The notes below the pieces were generated by a model. It saw only the letters and a program-made list of their open reading frames with translations. It was not told where the DNA came from and did not search any database. The translations under genes and the position numbers were made by a program. A DNA stretch of 52,567 bases, the filler included, from Catajapyx aquilonaris (lineage: Eukaryota): the NCBI GenBank assembly GCA_000934665.2. It is 3 parts of 3 records of this genome, joined end to end, with 100 filler letters (N's around TTAATTAATTAA, not from the genome) between each part and the next. Parts side by side here need not be neighbours in the genome. Positions count along the whole stretch, not along the records: positions 1 to 17,426 come from JYFJ02006952.1; 2 more parts are not named here. One strand, given 5' to 3'. Shown one piece after another: positions 1 through 11,032 of the stretch (positions are counted from its first letter, which is position 1; each line of letters begins with the position of its first letter).

Positions 1-233
1 GTTTTCTCCTGCATATCACTGCAGATACTGTGTAAGCAGGCAGAAAAGACCCGTCGCTGGGTCGTCCGCGTCACTCACTCGATTTGTAAACAGTGGCAAC
101 AATGGAAGCGCTCTTCATGGGCTGATGTTTGAATTGGCCCGCCGGCCGGGGTTGCCAGGTAACGCACTACAACATAAGCAGCTTAGGCCGAATTTGTCAA
201 TAGCTGTTCGGACAAAAAAGTTGGACCACCCTG
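1..233. mobile_element. Right arm of a palindromic Tc1/mariner-type MITE (left part outside window)
   Basis: Ends ...aaaaaagttggaccaccctg followed by TA (234-235). ~38-233 is a close reverse complement of 16936-17133. Confidence 0.75.
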
Positions 234-239
234 TATATT

Positions 240-497
240 GGAACCTTTATAGGTAACGCCCGGGCCCACGGGCAGGATGACAAGAGGGGATGTGCAAGGT
301 GCAGTGCAATGTCTTATACGTGAGCATTTTTAGTGAACTCCCTCGGGTGGATTAGTCTAAGGAAATTCCATCGGAGAAAAAGTCAGAGCCGACTCATGAA
401 CTCTGCACGAGATGAAGAGGGTGTCCCCGGGTTGGGATCGAACCCGGGACAGTAACATCCGTGGGCGCGTACGTTACCGCAGCGCCACTTTGCCTCC
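240..497 (-). mobile_element. tRNA-derived SINE, family A (3' end truncated)
   Basis: Minus strand has A-box-like TGGCGCTGCGG and B-box GGTTCGATCCC. The body aligns with 19340-19610. Confidence 0.8.
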
Positions 498-974
498 ACC
501 GTAATTATGAAATATGTTAAAACAATGATAAAAAACAAAACTAGCAAAAACTTCACATTTGATAATGCACATATGAGACAGGATTAGATTGTAAAAGATA
601 AAAATCAATAATTTCTTGCTTATTAAATTATATGTACTGATGATATAACAAAATGAATATACTGAAAGTAGACTCATCCAAATGCAGGACATACAGATAT
701 GACAAATACTGTTTTTCATTAATTGTAGCCCACTTAAACCTACTGCTATTTTGCATCTGTAAGAGAAATGTTGATTTATTACCACCTGACATGATCATCT
801 CTTTCTCCAATGAAATTAACAATATAGCAATTCACTTTACTTTCATTATTGGTGACTGTGGGGAAACAAGGGCACGAAACTTACAAAAACTTCACATTTG
901 CATAATGCACTTATAAAACAGGTTATTCTATCATTGACGTAGGTCAATAATTTCACGCCCATTAAATTATGATA

Positions 975-1902
975 CGAGGGCGGATCAAAAAAGACTGAGA
1001 CTTATTTTTTTTCTCACACTATTTATTGAACTGGATCAATGGGCACATGGTCTTTTTCGAAGTACTCCCCATCCATGTCAATACACTTTTTAAAACTTTT
1101 ATTCCATTCGTCAAACACATGGTGCAGGCCATTCTTTGTGACCTCCTTCAGGATCGCCTCAGATTTCTTCAGTACAGCTGTAGACGTCTCAAATCGCTGT
1201 CCTCGTCGCTTGGACTTCAGAGTGGGGAATTTAAAAAAGTCACATGGAGCCAGGTCAGGGCTGTAAGGAGCTTGCGGTACACAGGAGATGTCTTTTTTGG
1301 CCAAATATCTAGTTACGTCATTCGCAACATGAGGCCTGGCGTTGTCGTGATGGAGCCTCCATCCACTCAGGTGGAGTTCCGGGCGTTTTTTTGGCGATGT
1401 GCTTCCTGAGAGTCTTGATCACTGAGAGGTAGTACTGTCCGGTGACAGAAGTGTGGCGGGGAACTGCGTATTGGTATCATCAGTCCAAAAAGAATTGTCC
1501 CTCGCGTCGAGCGGGCAGCCACGCGTCAGGATGAAAGGAACCAGTTAACTGGTTGAACTTTCATCCTGACACGTGGCTGCCCGCTCGGCGCGAGGGACAA
1601 TTCTTTTTGAACCGTTGATACACCATTCCCACGTTTCTGAAAACGTTTTCCCCAGGCGAAAGCAGAATTTGATGGCCGCGTACTGCTCCTCGCGTGTCAC
1701 TTCCATTTCATCAGTGCGAGGCGAAATTGAAGCAGCCATCTTTGCAACGAGCAGTGTAGCCAGACGAATGCTCATACAGTGATGCCATTTGGCCACCTCA
1801 TTAAACAAAGCCCGCCGTTTTCAAATATATCAATTTCAAAAGTGAAGATTCAAAGCAATATTTATTAAAAAATAAGTCTCAGTCTTTTTTGATCAGCCCT
1901 CG
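975..1902 (-). mobile_element. Internally deleted/rearranged mariner transposon
   Basis: ~35-bp TIRs (cgagggcggatcaaaaaagactgagacttattttt, 1 mismatch) with TA on both sides (973-974, 1903-1904). ORF 1023-1304 has the mariner motif APYSPDLAPCDF and C-terminal KKCIDMDGEYFEK; ORF 1545-1808 has the N-terminal EQYAAIKFCFRLGKT. Confidence 0.95.
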
Positions 1903-2734
1903 TATATTAAGGTACTGAATGTACTTAACTAATTAAACATTCAAATTAGTATACTGCTGTTGATTTAAAAATAATTAATTTTGTGTAGTTTGAATTTGAA
2001 ACTACTACAAATCATGCCATAATGATGACTACAGGCTACAGCTGGCTCTCTAAAGAAAAAGATTTTGAGCCATTGATATCCGATACTATCGATATATGGA
2101 AGTGGCGATATATATTGATATTCCATAAGTAAACCATCGACACCTCGATAGTCCCATCTCCTATCCTATTCCAAAAAGGAGAGTAAACATTAAAGCAAAG
2201 AGTTCCAGTCAAAACAAAAATTGGGATGAACTCCCCTCCTAAAGAGCCGCCAGCTGATACCGGGGTATGAATTATAGAATTATTATAGATTATTTGGCAC
2301 CCTTCTCAAAATTGTTATTCGTGTATTTTAACGTATTTCATAACTAAATCAGCCTTATAGTAGTTGGCTGGCAGTACTCTAATTTCGAGTTTTTACAGCA
2401 GTAGGCCTATTGTTGGAAATTAATTTAGGGACTTCAATGGGAAGGAAATGGTTTTCAACAGATTCATAACATTTTACCTGAACGGGTAAGTAGAGCTGTT
2501 ATTATTTGTAAAATATCTTGTTCGTATCTTCAGCACACCAGTAAGCGGAAAACTAGGCAGGGGTGGGTATTGCTGGTACCTGGCGGTCGAGTTCTCAGCG
2601 CCTAGACTGAGTACATTCTAGGCGGCTGGGGCTCAAGGGGTTAAAGTTGGTTAAAACTGTTGGCATTTTGGATCACTTCTGGCACCCAAGTTCTTACCCC
2701 ATCATACAACCCATGCACACTCGATTCTTCTCAC

Positions 2735-3040
2735 CTGATTAGGCCTGCCTGCATCTCCTCTTCCGTCGTCTCTCTCCTCCTCCCTGGCTGGAGGAGCAGT
2801 GTCTGATGCCTGATGCCTCCCTCTGCCCTCCTCCTCCCCTCCCGGCTCCTCCTTGACCCTCCTGACCTCCAGGGCAGCCTGACCTCTTCGGCCCTCCTCC
2901 TCAGGCTCCTCCTTGACCTCCACTTTGACCCTGTCCCACCTTGAGTGTGTGGTGTTGTGTGCCAGGAGATCAAGCCTCCTCTTGAAAACCTTGTTGGGGC
3001 AATGAGGGCAAGGGTATCTTCCCAGCTTCAGCATGTCCAT
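2735..3040 (-). CDS. First coding exon of a C2H2 zinc-finger gene (one finger plus acidic VKEEP region); downstream exons not identified
   Basis: Acceptor tttttcag| at 3072/3071, GCCATGG start at 3040, finger CPHCPNKVFKRRLDLLAHNTTH, phase-0 donor CAG|GTGAGA at 2735. Paralog at 15899-16042. Confidence 0.6.
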
Positions 3041-3545
3041 GGCTGTCCCGTTCCCCCAACTGTGCACCTTCCTGAAAAAGCGAAACCAATCAAGTCCCGT
3101 GTGATTCCAACCCCCAATCCGAAAGGAGACCACGCACCTCACAAGTGAGCTGGCCCTGTTCCAGACCTAAACCTAGGGGTCGCCTGGTAGCGAGCCGTAC
3201 CGTGGGAACGAGCCTAGTCCGACCGAACAAAGGAACAAACAACCCTTCGAAGTTCGAACAACCAACACCCGATGAGGACAACCAAGCACCAACGGGTCTT
3301 CCTCCTCTCCATCCATCAGATTGGGGGACAAGTAGTTCCCCTTCCCTCCGCTAAAGAGGGAGGCGATGGTGCCACTGGACAGGCCGCCCCGGGCCGCCCA
3401 TACCGTATATTTAAGTAAGTTATTCATCAAAACGCAGCTGTAAACACAGATTTTAATAGCATTGGTGACACATCGTGACGAGAGTAATTGAGGGGGTCTA
3501 GCTGAGATCAAACAAGATTGGCAAATCACGTGAGCGTTATTATAA

Positions 3546-3790
3546 TTAGACTTTTTCTCATTCTTTCAGGTGGACTTGTGCGGATAGAGTGAACCCGGAA
3601 AACCGGAAGTGGCATGTCACCGGAAGTTGACCACCGTAATTATTCATACACCTAATTCAGGTCACGCTTCATCCGAATGTGAAAACCGTTTGTCGCTATC
3701 TTTTGCGGTTGAGGCCCTGATACCTGTCCACAGACGGACGGACAGACAGAGCGGTTTATAAGACCTTTCCGATGACGGGAAAAAGCCTAA
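3546..3790 (+). mobile_element. Helentron-associated (HINE/DINE-1-like) non-autonomous element
   Basis: Short inverted repeats ttagactttttctc ... gggaaaaagcctaa and an internal acagacggacggacagacaga microsatellite, an arrangement typical of this group. Confidence 0.55.
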
Positions 3791-4218
3791 AAGCAATGGT
3801 TTTAGCGAATGATTGGGTAAATATTGCTTTTAAATATTCCTTGTTAACGTGTAAGTAGCCTATTACAAATATTATCTTTAATTGCAGGTTAATTTGTTTT
3901 AAGAATTCAGTATATTGAAAGGATTTTCACGCATAGTTGCTGCAACCAAAGAAGGGTACCAGTACTGATATGTCACCTGCTGCTATATTAAATGTTAGTC
4001 AGCCTACATATTGACATTGTTGAGGGACACTTCGCCATTGCCATTTCAGCACCCTTCTCTGACTGCCACGGCTTTAAATTGAAACAACTCACAAGATCTG
4101 GTGACAAGAACATTTATTGTCACAATACATAATGTCAGACATCTGAGACATGCAGTTAAGACATCTCCAGATGACCGCTTCTTTTTTCAACTTCGAGTAC
4201 AAAATAATTTACCCATGA

Positions 4219-5367
4219 TCACACACGAGGTTCTATCTCGATCAGTTGTCCGTTTGGCACCTCCATGTAGGCAATTGTCATGTCCTTCTTGGCATCCGAA
4301 AGCTGATTGAGTTCAAGTTGAGTCAACCTGAGGTTGGTCTGTGGGTAGTACGCAAGGAACTTGAGATGGGTCATTCTTCTCACCGCATACATGAGTCCAC
4401 TGAAGGTGACATTGGTCAGTAGCAGGCAGAGTATGTCCACGGAAGGACAGTTGTAGCTTATCAGTCGAAGGTGATCGTTGTCCAGAGTGGAAATGAGAAA
4501 GAAGTAGAGTCGCTTCAGATGAGGGAAATGTTGCTGTCGGAAAAGGGAGGTCAGGGAAGTGGGGCTGGGAATCTGGGCCCCCACTACTGTTGGGATTACT
4601 ATGATGTTCAGCTCACGCAGATGCCGGAGAGGCTCAACACCCAGTTTCAGCAACACATCGGGCCTTTTCATCACATTACCGCACAGGACAAAGATGGCTT
4701 CAAGGTGCTGCTTGGACAAGGCCGCCATTGTTGCTTCTTCACGCACGTTGTCCAGCACCTGCAGGTAACGGAGCTGACCATTGGAAGCTTCCATGAGGGC
4801 CTTCAGCTCAGCGTCGCAGCCACCTCGATTCATCACAGAGGCCTGGATCAGCTTGGGGTACACTGGAGGGGTCAAACCAATCGGTCCACGGTCCACAGGT
4901 GCCGCCAGTATGAATGTATGCAGCTTCTGGCACCCAGAAAACATGTCCACATGATTTTTTGTACCATTAGGGTGATGACACATGACCAGGGTGACTTGTT
5001 GCAGATTGGTGCAACTCTGGGCGATGGCTTCCATGGTGGTGGTCTGAAGAGTGGTGATCCTGTCCAGCTCCAGAACTTCCAGCCCGCTCCAGTTCTCAGC
5101 GACTGCTTGCAGGACGAGGTCTGCAGGATGAAAATGTCGCAGTTTCAGCCACTTTGGCTGCGGCATCCTTCTGACAATGATGGCTGCTTCTTCATCTGTG
5201 TAGTGCCGTCTCTCCAAGACCATCTTTCTCCAGAGGCTGCGGTCTAGCACCAGTTGGCTCCATTCATGGCAAACTAGACCTGCCCGCATGAGCTTGTCTT
5301 CTGGTTGAAGGAACGAGAAGATGTGGAGCTTCAACTCAGAAGGCAGCAGAGAGAAAGGGAACGACAT
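4219..5367 (-). CDS. F-box/leucine-rich-repeat protein (FBXL-like), 382 aa, single coding exon
   Basis: N-terminal F-box LLPSELKLHIFSFL...VCHEWSQLVLDRSLWR, then LRR-like units (LEVLEL, CTNLQQVTL, CQKLHTF, HLKRLYF). Acceptor cctttcag lies directly before the ATG; AATAAA on minus strand at 4113-4118. Confidence 0.9.
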   Translation of the reverse strand: MSFPFSLLPSELKLHIFSFLQPEDKLMRAGLVCHEWSQLVLDRSLWRKMVLERRHYTDEEAAIIVRRMPQPKWLKLRHFHPADLVLQAVAENWSGLEVLELDRITTLQTTTMEAIAQSCTNLQQVTLVMCHHPNGTKNHVDMFSGCQKLHTFILAAPVDRGPIGLTPPVYPKLIQASVMNRGGCDAELKALMEASNGQLRYLQVLDNVREEATMAALSKQHLEAIFVLCGNVMKRPDVLLKLGVEPLRHLRELNIIVIPTVVGAQIPSPTSLTSLFRQQHFPHLKRLYFFLISTLDNDHLRLISYNCPSVDILCLLLTNVTFSGLMYAVRRMTHLKFLAYYPQTNLRLTQLELNQLSDAKKDMTIAYMEVPNGQLIEIEPRV

Positions 5368-6884
5368 CTGAAAGGAACCAATTTATTGCAAAATAAATTA
5401 TTAGCAGTTGGACTGTGCAAAATATGTCTACACCCCATACCCTTGGTCCATTGTTCAATGCAGTATTATGGCAAAAAAAAGTTCGGATAGTGCAACCTGA
5501 TGCGTAATAATCATCATAACTTTTGAAAGGAAATCCCTCCTATAACCTTAACCTTGATAAAATGATGATAATAAGGGCAACCCTAAATCACCATTCCAGA
5601 AAAATACAAATAAATAGGCCTACTATCTAACGTTTTAAAAATCGAAATATTCTTCTGACACCTGTGGTCAGCAAATAGAATAAAACAGCATTTACAGATT
5701 AAAAATGTGCATGTTAGCAATGCCCCAGCAGACAGGAAAAACTATAGGTTTTGCATTTATTAATTGAAAAAAAAACTACCAGGAACACTATCCTGGCACT
5801 TTAGAAATCCTTTTATGCATATCATTTTGTGCAAATTACGTTCTCACAAATGCCATGGTTCAAAATTGCGCGAAAAATGCACTGTCGCCGTATATTTTCA
5901 GACCTGAGGATCTGATTAATGTACGTATGGCATAGACGAGCTCGTTTATTTTCTACCTCGATCCGATAGTTAAGTCAAGTCACTTTTTAGCAGCATAAAT
6001 GCAGCGTGTCTGTAATTACTGTATACGATGAAAAAGCTTTGGCTACTAGGCACACAGCATCAATTAACGCAACAAGCAGCACAGTTTTTCTCGTTTTGTT
6101 CATCAATATAGAGTAATGCACATCGCATATCTACCCCCATTTCCACATAATAATTCCAATTAATTGGCTTGTTTTATACCCGCCATATGCCTCACCTTGT
6201 AGCTGCCGCTGGAATCCTTCTGGAGTCCTTGATATAGAGCAGAAAATGAACAATGCGTCGCTTTTCACCAGTCCACTATTCACGGCAAAATTCGGTGGCC
6301 TGCACACACTTTGTGAGGTCAACTCTGGCCAAGATCCAAACGCAGTTAGGGTAGGGGAGAGAGAAAGGTGGGCAGGTGGACGACAAGGCGTCTACTTTTA
6401 AAAAGACAGGTTTTCGGCACCCAGAAAAGGACCTCAGAGATAAGCCGGGCAGACGCCGTCTGGAAAAGGGTTTAGCTGCAGGCTCAAGGGGGTCACCATA
6501 AATCACCAATGCTCATACATGTGTTAATATATAGGTGACAATAAAAATATATTTCCTGAAAATTGATAAGTACAGTACAGAATTGTTACAATTTATTCAG
6601 CAATCAGCAGTCTAAAATAGCCTACTCCTGGAACTGTGCATCTAGTGGCCTTCAGCAATGACGCATAAACAATCTTTGAAAATTGGCATGAAAGATGATG
6701 CAAAAGTGCGATTTAAGTAAATGCGCAAGTTTCAACATTATGACATGTAGGCTTACATAAAGCAGGGTGAATTTCAGTCATGTTATTCCCCCTCCCCTTT
6801 TTTTGACTGAAACGATGGAAGGAAGGAAAGATGCGCCTTCTGAGCGTGACCTTCAGGCCTGATGACCACCCTTCCAACATGCGA

Positions 6885-6940
6885 CGTAATTTTGCACTTT
6901 TGATGTCTCAGTACTGACACATCAAACGTGCAAAATTACG
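6885..6940. repeat. 56-bp near-perfect palindrome inside a transposon-like region
   Basis: cgtaattttgcacttttgatgtctcagt|actgacacatcaaacgtgcaaaattacg, 2 mismatches. Confidence 0.85.
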
Positions 6941-8507
6941 CTCGGCAAGCGCTTTGGGAGACGATCAAATTCGACGAAAGTTAGCAACATTCAAAAATAT
7001 ATAATTCAATTACTATGCATATGCCCTGGCTTTGGAATATATCTTTTGAAAGAGAGCGTCATTCTCTACACCAATGGAAAAAAAAAAAAAATCTTGACAA
7101 AAATATAAAAAATTGTTTTTTTGAGTAAAAAATGTGTCTTTCAGGCATGTCTTCTCATATAACCATACTTTGACCAGGCGCATCTCTTCTTTGAATACAG
7201 ATATTAATGATATTATTTTGTCCTTGCAACATGTCATTTTACTACATTGCACATAATAGGTTTCATTTGTCTAGCCTTAATAATACCTCCATAATAAATT
7301 GCGTAATAAGTTAATTTCCAGCAAAACCCGCACTTTCGGCAATTTTTTTTTGAAGGTGACTACCAGTAAATTACCGCATTGTGCATACCGAATTTTGATA
7401 TAATTTTATAATAGAACTCATGCTACTTTGTTATACAAAAAATAACGATTAAATATTTAAAATTGCTTCATCGAGAATATATTTACTATTTGAAGTGTGC
7501 TATATTGCAGCACAATGGCGAAAGTTGTCATCTGAAAAAAATGTATCTCACTTACAAAAAAATATGCCCCGGGTTTTGACACTACTTCATTTTATAACCT
7601 GTCTGTCCGTGTAAAATAAAATAAAATTTCAAAAGTGGCGCTTTTGAGAAAATAATAATTTTTGAAGTATGCATGTTTTCGCTTGTTGCCATATTTTCCC
7701 CTCGCATATCTCAACTACACACGGAGCTAACAAAGGTTTTATTTAATAACCTTCAGGGGGTCACCTAGTATATCACAAAATATAATCGGCACAACCGTCA
7801 CGTTTACCATAGCGGTGTATTAAATTGCGAAATATGCGCATTTTGACCAAAATATGCAAGATTGGAGTTTTTTTTGAAGGTGACTGTACCATTAAATAAG
7901 GTAAATTACATAACAGGGCATTATTCCTAAAGCACGAGTTAAAAATTTAATGTGGGTTTACAGAACGGTTCTGGAAATATACTCATTGAAAGCAATGGAA
8001 AGAGTGCATCTTCCAGTGAATGTTATTTTGGTACCCATTAAAAGAAATATTAATATCTCGATAACTAAATTTAATCTCGTAAAACTTATTGCGCCATAAA
8101 AGTTCAATTGGATATGGGTTTCACACAGATTTTATTTTTTTTTTCCAAAAAAATCGAAGACCATGACTGGACACCATCTGTCTGAATTGAAATGGAACCA
8201 GCCAGTTCTCCTCTTGTGGCTCTCCTTTAATGTGCATGGTGGAACAAAAACACGATGGTGTTCCTTGACACCTTCAATCCAACTTTCTCCAACTGACCAT
8301 ATATAAAAAAACAACTTTCCATCTACATTTGCTTTAATTTACTTAATAAGGCACACAGTACATTCATTCTAATGAATACTATATATATTTTTTTCTTTCC
8401 AAACATGGTATCCCAAGTTTCCCCCCTGACTCTAATGCTACTCTAATGTACAGGTTCAATCTCACATCATGGTCATTCAATCTTCATTAAAGGAACATAC
8501 ACTATGT

Positions 8508-8734
8508 CAGGGGTCGAATCTTAAATTTTTTTTTCCAGGTGCAAAGTTTGCACTCCAGACTTCGAGTGCAAATTATACTTGCATGAAGTGTATAATTGTT
8601 AATTACTGGGTTCAGCCGTGTTAAAACGCAGGTCAACTGGAGTGCAAGCTTTGCACTCCAAGGCTCAGTTTGGAGTGCAGATAACAATTTTGGAGTGCAA
8701 ATTGCACCTTTGCATCCAAATAATTCGACCCCTG
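8508..8734. mobile_element. MITE, probably hAT-type
   Basis: 12-bp TIR caggggtcgaat/attcgacccctg and repeated internal tggagtgca/tgcactcca motifs. No exact TSD seen. Confidence 0.7.
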
Positions 8735-9709
8735 CTATGAACACAATGAAACACCCATGAATAGCTCATTTTTACGACATCTAGGACCATTTTCAGATTA
8801 GATGTGTTTTACGCTTATCCGGCGACACTGTAACGGCCAAGGGGAAAAAAAAAAACGAATTTGGGGGGGGGGGGGGGNATAAACGGTTCTTTCTGGCAGT
8901 ATGAACTTCGCGCTTTTTTTGACAACACTAGGAGACACACATCCATTCATTATCCCAGATAATTGGGAGCACAGCATACGCGTATGTCTCGTTTTACGGC
9001 GATTCACTTAACTCTGCTGTTTTGCTGAAAACTACTAAAGTAAAACAGGTATAGTACCACCTGTAATCACCACTTGCTGTTGTTGGTCGACAGTGTTGCT
9101 GCGACAGTGTGGCAGTGTTGATGGCGTTGGGCCTTTACGGTCTGGTTGCCATAACTTTGACACAGTGCTGCTGCCTTGATAACAAGTGCTTTAACATGTA
9201 ATCCCCCTTCCCCCCCTCTATATGGTGACTCCAGACCTTAGCGTGTGTGCTGATGGTGAGGATGGTGTCGTCCCAAATTGATGTCATGGGCATGTCCCTC
9301 ACATGCATAAAGAGAGTGGACAAATTTGAAATACATGATCCCAGACTCCACATTGGCTTCCTGTTTTTGGGAAAACCGTTTTGCAAAGGATATCAGGATG
9401 AACATGAAAAGAATCTTCTCTGTGGAGGATCAGGGTTGCGGTATGGGTGGATGGAAGGAGAAGATAGGGTAGAGGACACCTGCCAGTCTCAGTCAAGCAT
9501 TGGATGGGGAGGGAGATGAGTTCCGGCAACACCGTCCCTCGGCTGACCCTTTGGAATCCCTGTCATGTCCACATCTTCTAGCGGGATGACACAAACACTA
9601 CTAGAACCAGGGACTCACGGATTTCTACTCCCATAGCAATCTTAACAATCCTATAGTATAGAGTATAGATCTATGATGTGTGGAGGCAACTTGACTGAAT
9701 GTGAATAGT

Positions 9710-9998
9710 TGTTTTTTCTTTTTTCTTTTGTATTGCCCTGCGATAGGGCCATGGGCCCTTTTCGGGGGGAAGGAGAGATTCACACTCTTAACCGGTTTGT
9801 AGTCATTTCTGACCTTCTTAAATACCATACTTTTTCTCTTGGCCCTGGGCAGAGAAGGCAGTGCAATTCTGCCCGGACATGTCGGGTGAAAAGCGGAAAA
9901 AGACCCGACCAAGCAGAGGTGACGGGGACGGGATTTGAAGCCCGGACGTCCCACTTGGCTGGCCAGTAGCATAGCCACTTGACCACCATGCCCCCCTG
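9710..9998 (-). mobile_element. tRNA-derived SINE, family B body with C-type tail
   Basis: 11-bp TSD atgtgaatagt (9699-9709, 9999-10009), A-box TGGTCAAGTGG, B-box-like GCTTCAAATCC, A-rich tail. Body homologous to 20690-20875. Confidence 0.85.
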
Positions 9999-10018
9999 AT
10001 GTGAATAGTCTTAAACAA

Positions 10019-11032
10019 CTAAATTACTTTTCTCATGTGTGTTGTTCTAACATGCCTTTTCATATTTGCTGGATGATTGAAACTTTTCTTGCAAATCTGA
10101 CAACTGTATATCTTCTCGCCTGTGTGACTTCTCATGTGGGATAACAGACCTGACATGCATGTAAACATCCTCTTGCAAATCAGGCAACTGTAGGGCTTCT
10201 CGCCTGTGTGCCTTCTCCTGTGGACTAATAGAGCTGGCATGGTTCTAAACTTTCTGTTGCAAACGTGGCAACTGAATGGCTTCTCTCCTGTATGAATTCG
10301 CATGTGGTTTTTCAAATTTCCTGGCTCACTAAACTTTCTGTGGCATACTTGGCAACTGAATGGCTTCTCACCTGTGTGGGTTCTCATATGCCCCTTCAAA
10401 GTTCCTGGCTCACTAAACTTTCTGTTGCAAACTTGGCACCTGAATGGCTTCTCTCCGGTGTGTATTTTCATATGCTTATTATTCAAATTATGTAAATCAC
10501 TGAATCTTTTCTTGCAAATCAGGCAAGTGTATGGTTTCGCTCCTGTGTGAACCCTCAAATGCCTATTCAAATGGTTTGACGTATTAAACCTTTTTTTACA
10601 AACTTGGCAACTGAATGGCTTCTCTCCAGTGTGAATTCGCATATGTAATTTCAAATTAGATGATTGATTAAGCTCTTTTTTGCAAATTGGGCAACTCACG
10701 CAACTGCGTAGTTTTTTCCCTGTATGAATGCTCATATGCTTTTTTAATGAGGCCTGCAGACTAAACTCTCTCTTGCAAACCTCACAGCTAAAGGGTTTCT
10801 CCCCTGTGTGGGTTCTCATGTGGTATGTCACAGCAACAGCTCGGGTAAACTTTCTCTTGCAAACTAGGCAACTGAATGGTTTCTCCCCTGAGTGGGTTCT
10901 CATGTGAATCTTCAAAAGATGCGGGAAACTGAATGTCCTCTTGCAAACCTGACAAGCATTCCTCTCCAAGTGTCTCCTTTTCTTCACGTCTCGCTGGATT
11001 CCATTCTTCATTTTCTTTTCAGCACCTTTTTC
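10019..11032 (-). CDS. C2H2 zinc-finger array exon (11 Kruppel-type fingers); probable last exon of gene model 16042-15899 / 13093-12971 / 11032-10019 (426 aa)
   Basis: 11 CxxC...HxxxH units with TGEKP linkers. Phase-0 acceptor gatttcag|GAA lies 21 nt before the ORF's ATG (11011). Confidence 0.92.
   Translation of the reverse strand, partial: EKGAEKKMKNGIQRDVKKRRHLERNACQVCKRTFSFPHLLKIHMRTHSGEKPFSCLVCKRKFTRAVAVTYHMRTHTGEKPFSCEVCKREFSLQASLKKHMSIHTGKKLRSCVSCPICKKELNQSSNLKLHMRIHTGEKPFSCQVCKKRFNTSNHLNRHLRVHTGAKPYTCLICKKRFSDLHNLNNKHMKIHTGEKPFRCQVCNRKFSEPGTLKGHMRTHTGEKPFSCQVCHRKFSEPGNLKNHMRIHTGEKPFSCHVCNRKFRTMPALLVHRRRHTGEKPYSCLICKRMFTCMSGLLSHMRSHTGEKIYSCQICKKSFNHPANMKRHVRTTHMRKVI

Noticed and set aside
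420..497. tRNA-like A/B boxes here and at 9930-9995, 14510-14586, 19535-19610, 35410-35460
   Set aside because: They continue into shared SINE bodies, mostly with tails and TSDs, and I could not fold complete cloverleaves; SINE heads, not tRNA genes.
2075..2160. TATCGATA (DRE-like) motif cluster
   Set aside because: Lies in a cgata-rich stretch resembling a transposon end, with no nearby gene start.
2480..2644. piggyBac-like end (gggg|ttaa) with a small hairpin
   Set aside because: No matching second terminus found.
3290..3400. Possible ribozyme in the duplicated block (short hairpins, CTGATG)
   Set aside because: No complete hammerhead core (CUGANGA plus GAAA) or HDV-like pseudoknot could be built in both copies.
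4471..5247. 258-aa plus-strand ORF
   Set aside because: Antisense shadow of the F-box/LRR CDS.
5830..8130. Long AT-rich transposon-like region with recurring ggggtcacc and ttttgaaggtgac motifs
   Set aside because: Probably DNA-transposon debris, but I could not define ends, TSDs or coding remnants.
8132..8330. HIKGEPQEEN peptide resembling the VKEEPEEE part of the leader exons
   Set aside because: In-frame stop, no intact finger, similarity too short.
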